The position numbers were made by a program, and so were the translations under genes. This document shows positions 61,496 through 64,000 of a stretch of 64,000 nt of DNA, piece by piece. The stretch's first letter is position 1. Each line of letters opens with the position of its first letter. The notes under the pieces are model-generated. The model did not search any database and was not told the origin of the DNA. It saw only the letters and a list, made by a program, of their open reading frames with translations. The stretch comes from Octopus bimaculoides (lineage: Eukaryota): NCBI RefSeq assembly GCF_001194135.2, contig NC_068982.1, positions 113,588,044-113,652,043 of the forward strand. Reading direction: 5' to 3'.

Positions 61496-64000
61496 ACCAG
61501 TCAATTTATGTCAATATGTAAGGGAACAAATTAAATATAACAATGACTTTCATTCTAATTATCTGAAAAACCTCTCCTGATATATTTTCTTTTGATTTAG
61601 AAGCTCAAAAATGTATAAGACATTTGCTTGTAGTTTTTTTTTAACATTACTGTATTATAAAATGAAAATAAGACATTGAAAAAGCATCTCTGTTAGATCA
61701 TTCACTTTGCACAGTTATCTAATTAATGACATTCATCACCAAGTTATTTCCTCTTCTTGTTCTTTCTCCAGTGCTTGATATCTGATTGGATATAGACTGA
61801 AGATTTATCAGCCTAGTGATCAAACCTTGTATTTTTGTTATCATCATCACCATCACCAGCTACAACAGTTTACATTCACTTTCATGTTGTACTGATTTGA
61901 GTCAGTCTTTATTTGGAGTTACTGCCCTCCTAGATAGGTCAGGGACCATGTCTCCCTGTTACATTCCATTTTTGCTGTGGTTTCTCTGGCTTGATGTTCT
62001 TCCTAACATTTACATCACAAAGTGTACTGGGCATATTTTATTGTGGAATGAGCTCTAAGAAGGTTGTCTTGTTCAAGACATGACTAAAGAACCCTTTTAC
62101 ATCCTACATGGTCTCCTGTTCATTTGACAACTACTCTACAGAATGTACTGGTTTGTATTTGTCAACAATAAGCATCATCTCGTGGATTCTACATCCAAAA
62201 GTCCATGCTATTGAATAAATCAAAAGGGGTTTTATCTTTCACTTGTGTGCCTATCTATTAAATCTAAATACAATTATCTTTCCTGATTCATGTTATTGAA
62301 AATAAGTGGTTGTTGTTGAATCCCGGGGAACTCCTCCTTAAAATAACCAGTGTATAATGACTGTATAGCCTGTATGGTAATATATGGAAGTAAGATGCTG
62401 TAAGGAAGTTAAACAAAGGTGATAAATGTAGAAATTGGAGAGAATTGGGGTGAACGTCCTCCTTTTAATGTGAAATATTGACCTGCATGGAAAGCAGAAT
62501 TAGATGTGACCTATGGAAACAGTTCAGCATTAAAGGCATCATTACTAATGTATGCAGGAGAGATGATTATACTTTGATCTGTTTGATGACAAGTGTTAGT
62601 CGTGAGGATGTGTGATGTTCAAGGATATATGACAAGGGAAGGTTAAAGAAGACATAGCAAGAGGTGCTGAGGTCAGATCTCAGGTTGAGATGACAAAATA
62701 TTGAAATAAATGGTCATGTTACAGTAATGCAGAATTAACCAATTCATGAGTGCTTAAAAATAAACAGATGTTAAAATTACATTAATGATGATGATGATAA
62801 TGGAATCAATCAAAGAAATTGTCTTCAAGCAATTACAGTATTTTATATTACATTCATGTAAAATGAAACCACATCTCTCAATTAGAAACTGATATTATGA
62901 TAGTTCAAATTTTCAAATAACCTGAATTTTGCCAAGATATCTTATTACATCTTAAAAATGGAAAGCAGCTATTCTTAGTGCAGGAGGTAACATTTGGTTT
63001 TAACTATTAATATAGGGATTTCATGGATATAAAATTTCTCTCCATCTTTGCTTTTTACACTGGTAGACCTCCATCTGTTTATAATAGATTTCCTGTTACT
63101 TTAGTATTTGACACAAGGCAATTACTCTAGTTTCTCAGAAGACTGGAATCTGTTTATTGATTATCTCTTCCTGATCTTAAAACTGTTTAAAAGTGTAAAG
63201 ATTAGTTATTGAAAATAATTGGGAAGATTAATTACTTTTTCAAAATCATCATCTTGTGATACTTCAAGTGTGAAGTGGCACTAAAATATAATGGCTGAAG
63301 GAGATTAAGTCATGCACTGAATACATTTTACTTTAAAACTAATTGATATCATTAATTTTGTTCACAATCTTTGCTAATGTTTCTGTGAAAAATATAATCA
63401 TAAAGTTGTTGTATTTAATTCTGTTTTAATTAGTACTTTCTTCAGTATTTGGTGTATTGGAATGCAATAAACTTGTGCATAGTCACTTGAGCATTGGATA
63501 AGATACTTTGCAGTATTTGTTTCAACTTCTCTGTGCTCTGAATTTAGATCCTACCAAAGTCAACTTTGCTTTTCATCTGCTCATGGTTGATGAACAAATT
63601 ACACATTCAGTAACCAGAATCTCTCTCTCTCTCTCCCTCTCCCTCTCTCTCTCTCTCTCATTATATTTCTATATTTCTCTTTCTCACACTCTCACTCTCT
63701 CTGCAGCTGGACCTGGGCAAGGTTGGGCTCCATCAAGTTTAAAGGACTAGGGCATACCATGTGTCACAACAGCACTCCTACAAATCTCTGGAGAGTTGAG
63801 AGAACAAGAAAAGAAAGATAATGATTACAGCTATTGTAGCTTTATTTCTTACAAAGATAAAAGTTAAAGAAAGTTACTTAATCAAATCTGTTTTATTTGA
63901 TTTAATGAAGTTATAACGATAAAAATAACTGGGATTGTTTTGTATGTGTTTTTGATTTTATTTTTAACTGTTTAGAAGTCTATAATGGAGCTTCAAAACA

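Overview
AT-rich eukaryotic DNA made almost entirely of repeats, with five assembly gaps and many microsatellites. The SINE families look like those of octopus (coleoid cephalopod); that assignment is recalled resemblance, not a database result. I could not identify any intact host protein-coding gene. The only recognisable protein homologies are decayed transposon fragments: CR1-like and RTE reverse transcriptases, R4/Dong-type LINEs with a restriction-like endonuclease, Helitron Rep/PIF1 helicase, and Tc1/mariner/maT transposases. Several elements have readable ends: a hAT MITE with an 8-bp TSD, TTAA (piggyBac-type) MITEs, a solo LTR with a 4-bp TSD, and head-to-tail Helitrons. The main non-repeat signal is a CpG pattern: CpG is strongly depleted at ~8-49 kb and after ~60.5 kb, but retained at ~1-8 kb and ~49-60.5 kb. 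This suggests methylated gene bodies with small exons that I can only guess at. Other points of interest are long near-perfect hairpins (one with a piece of a neighbouring transposon as its loop), a degenerate hammerhead-ribozyme motif, a Helitron with permuted coding fragments, a chimeric SINE, and two divergent LTRs. I see no evidence that proves a wholly new biological system.
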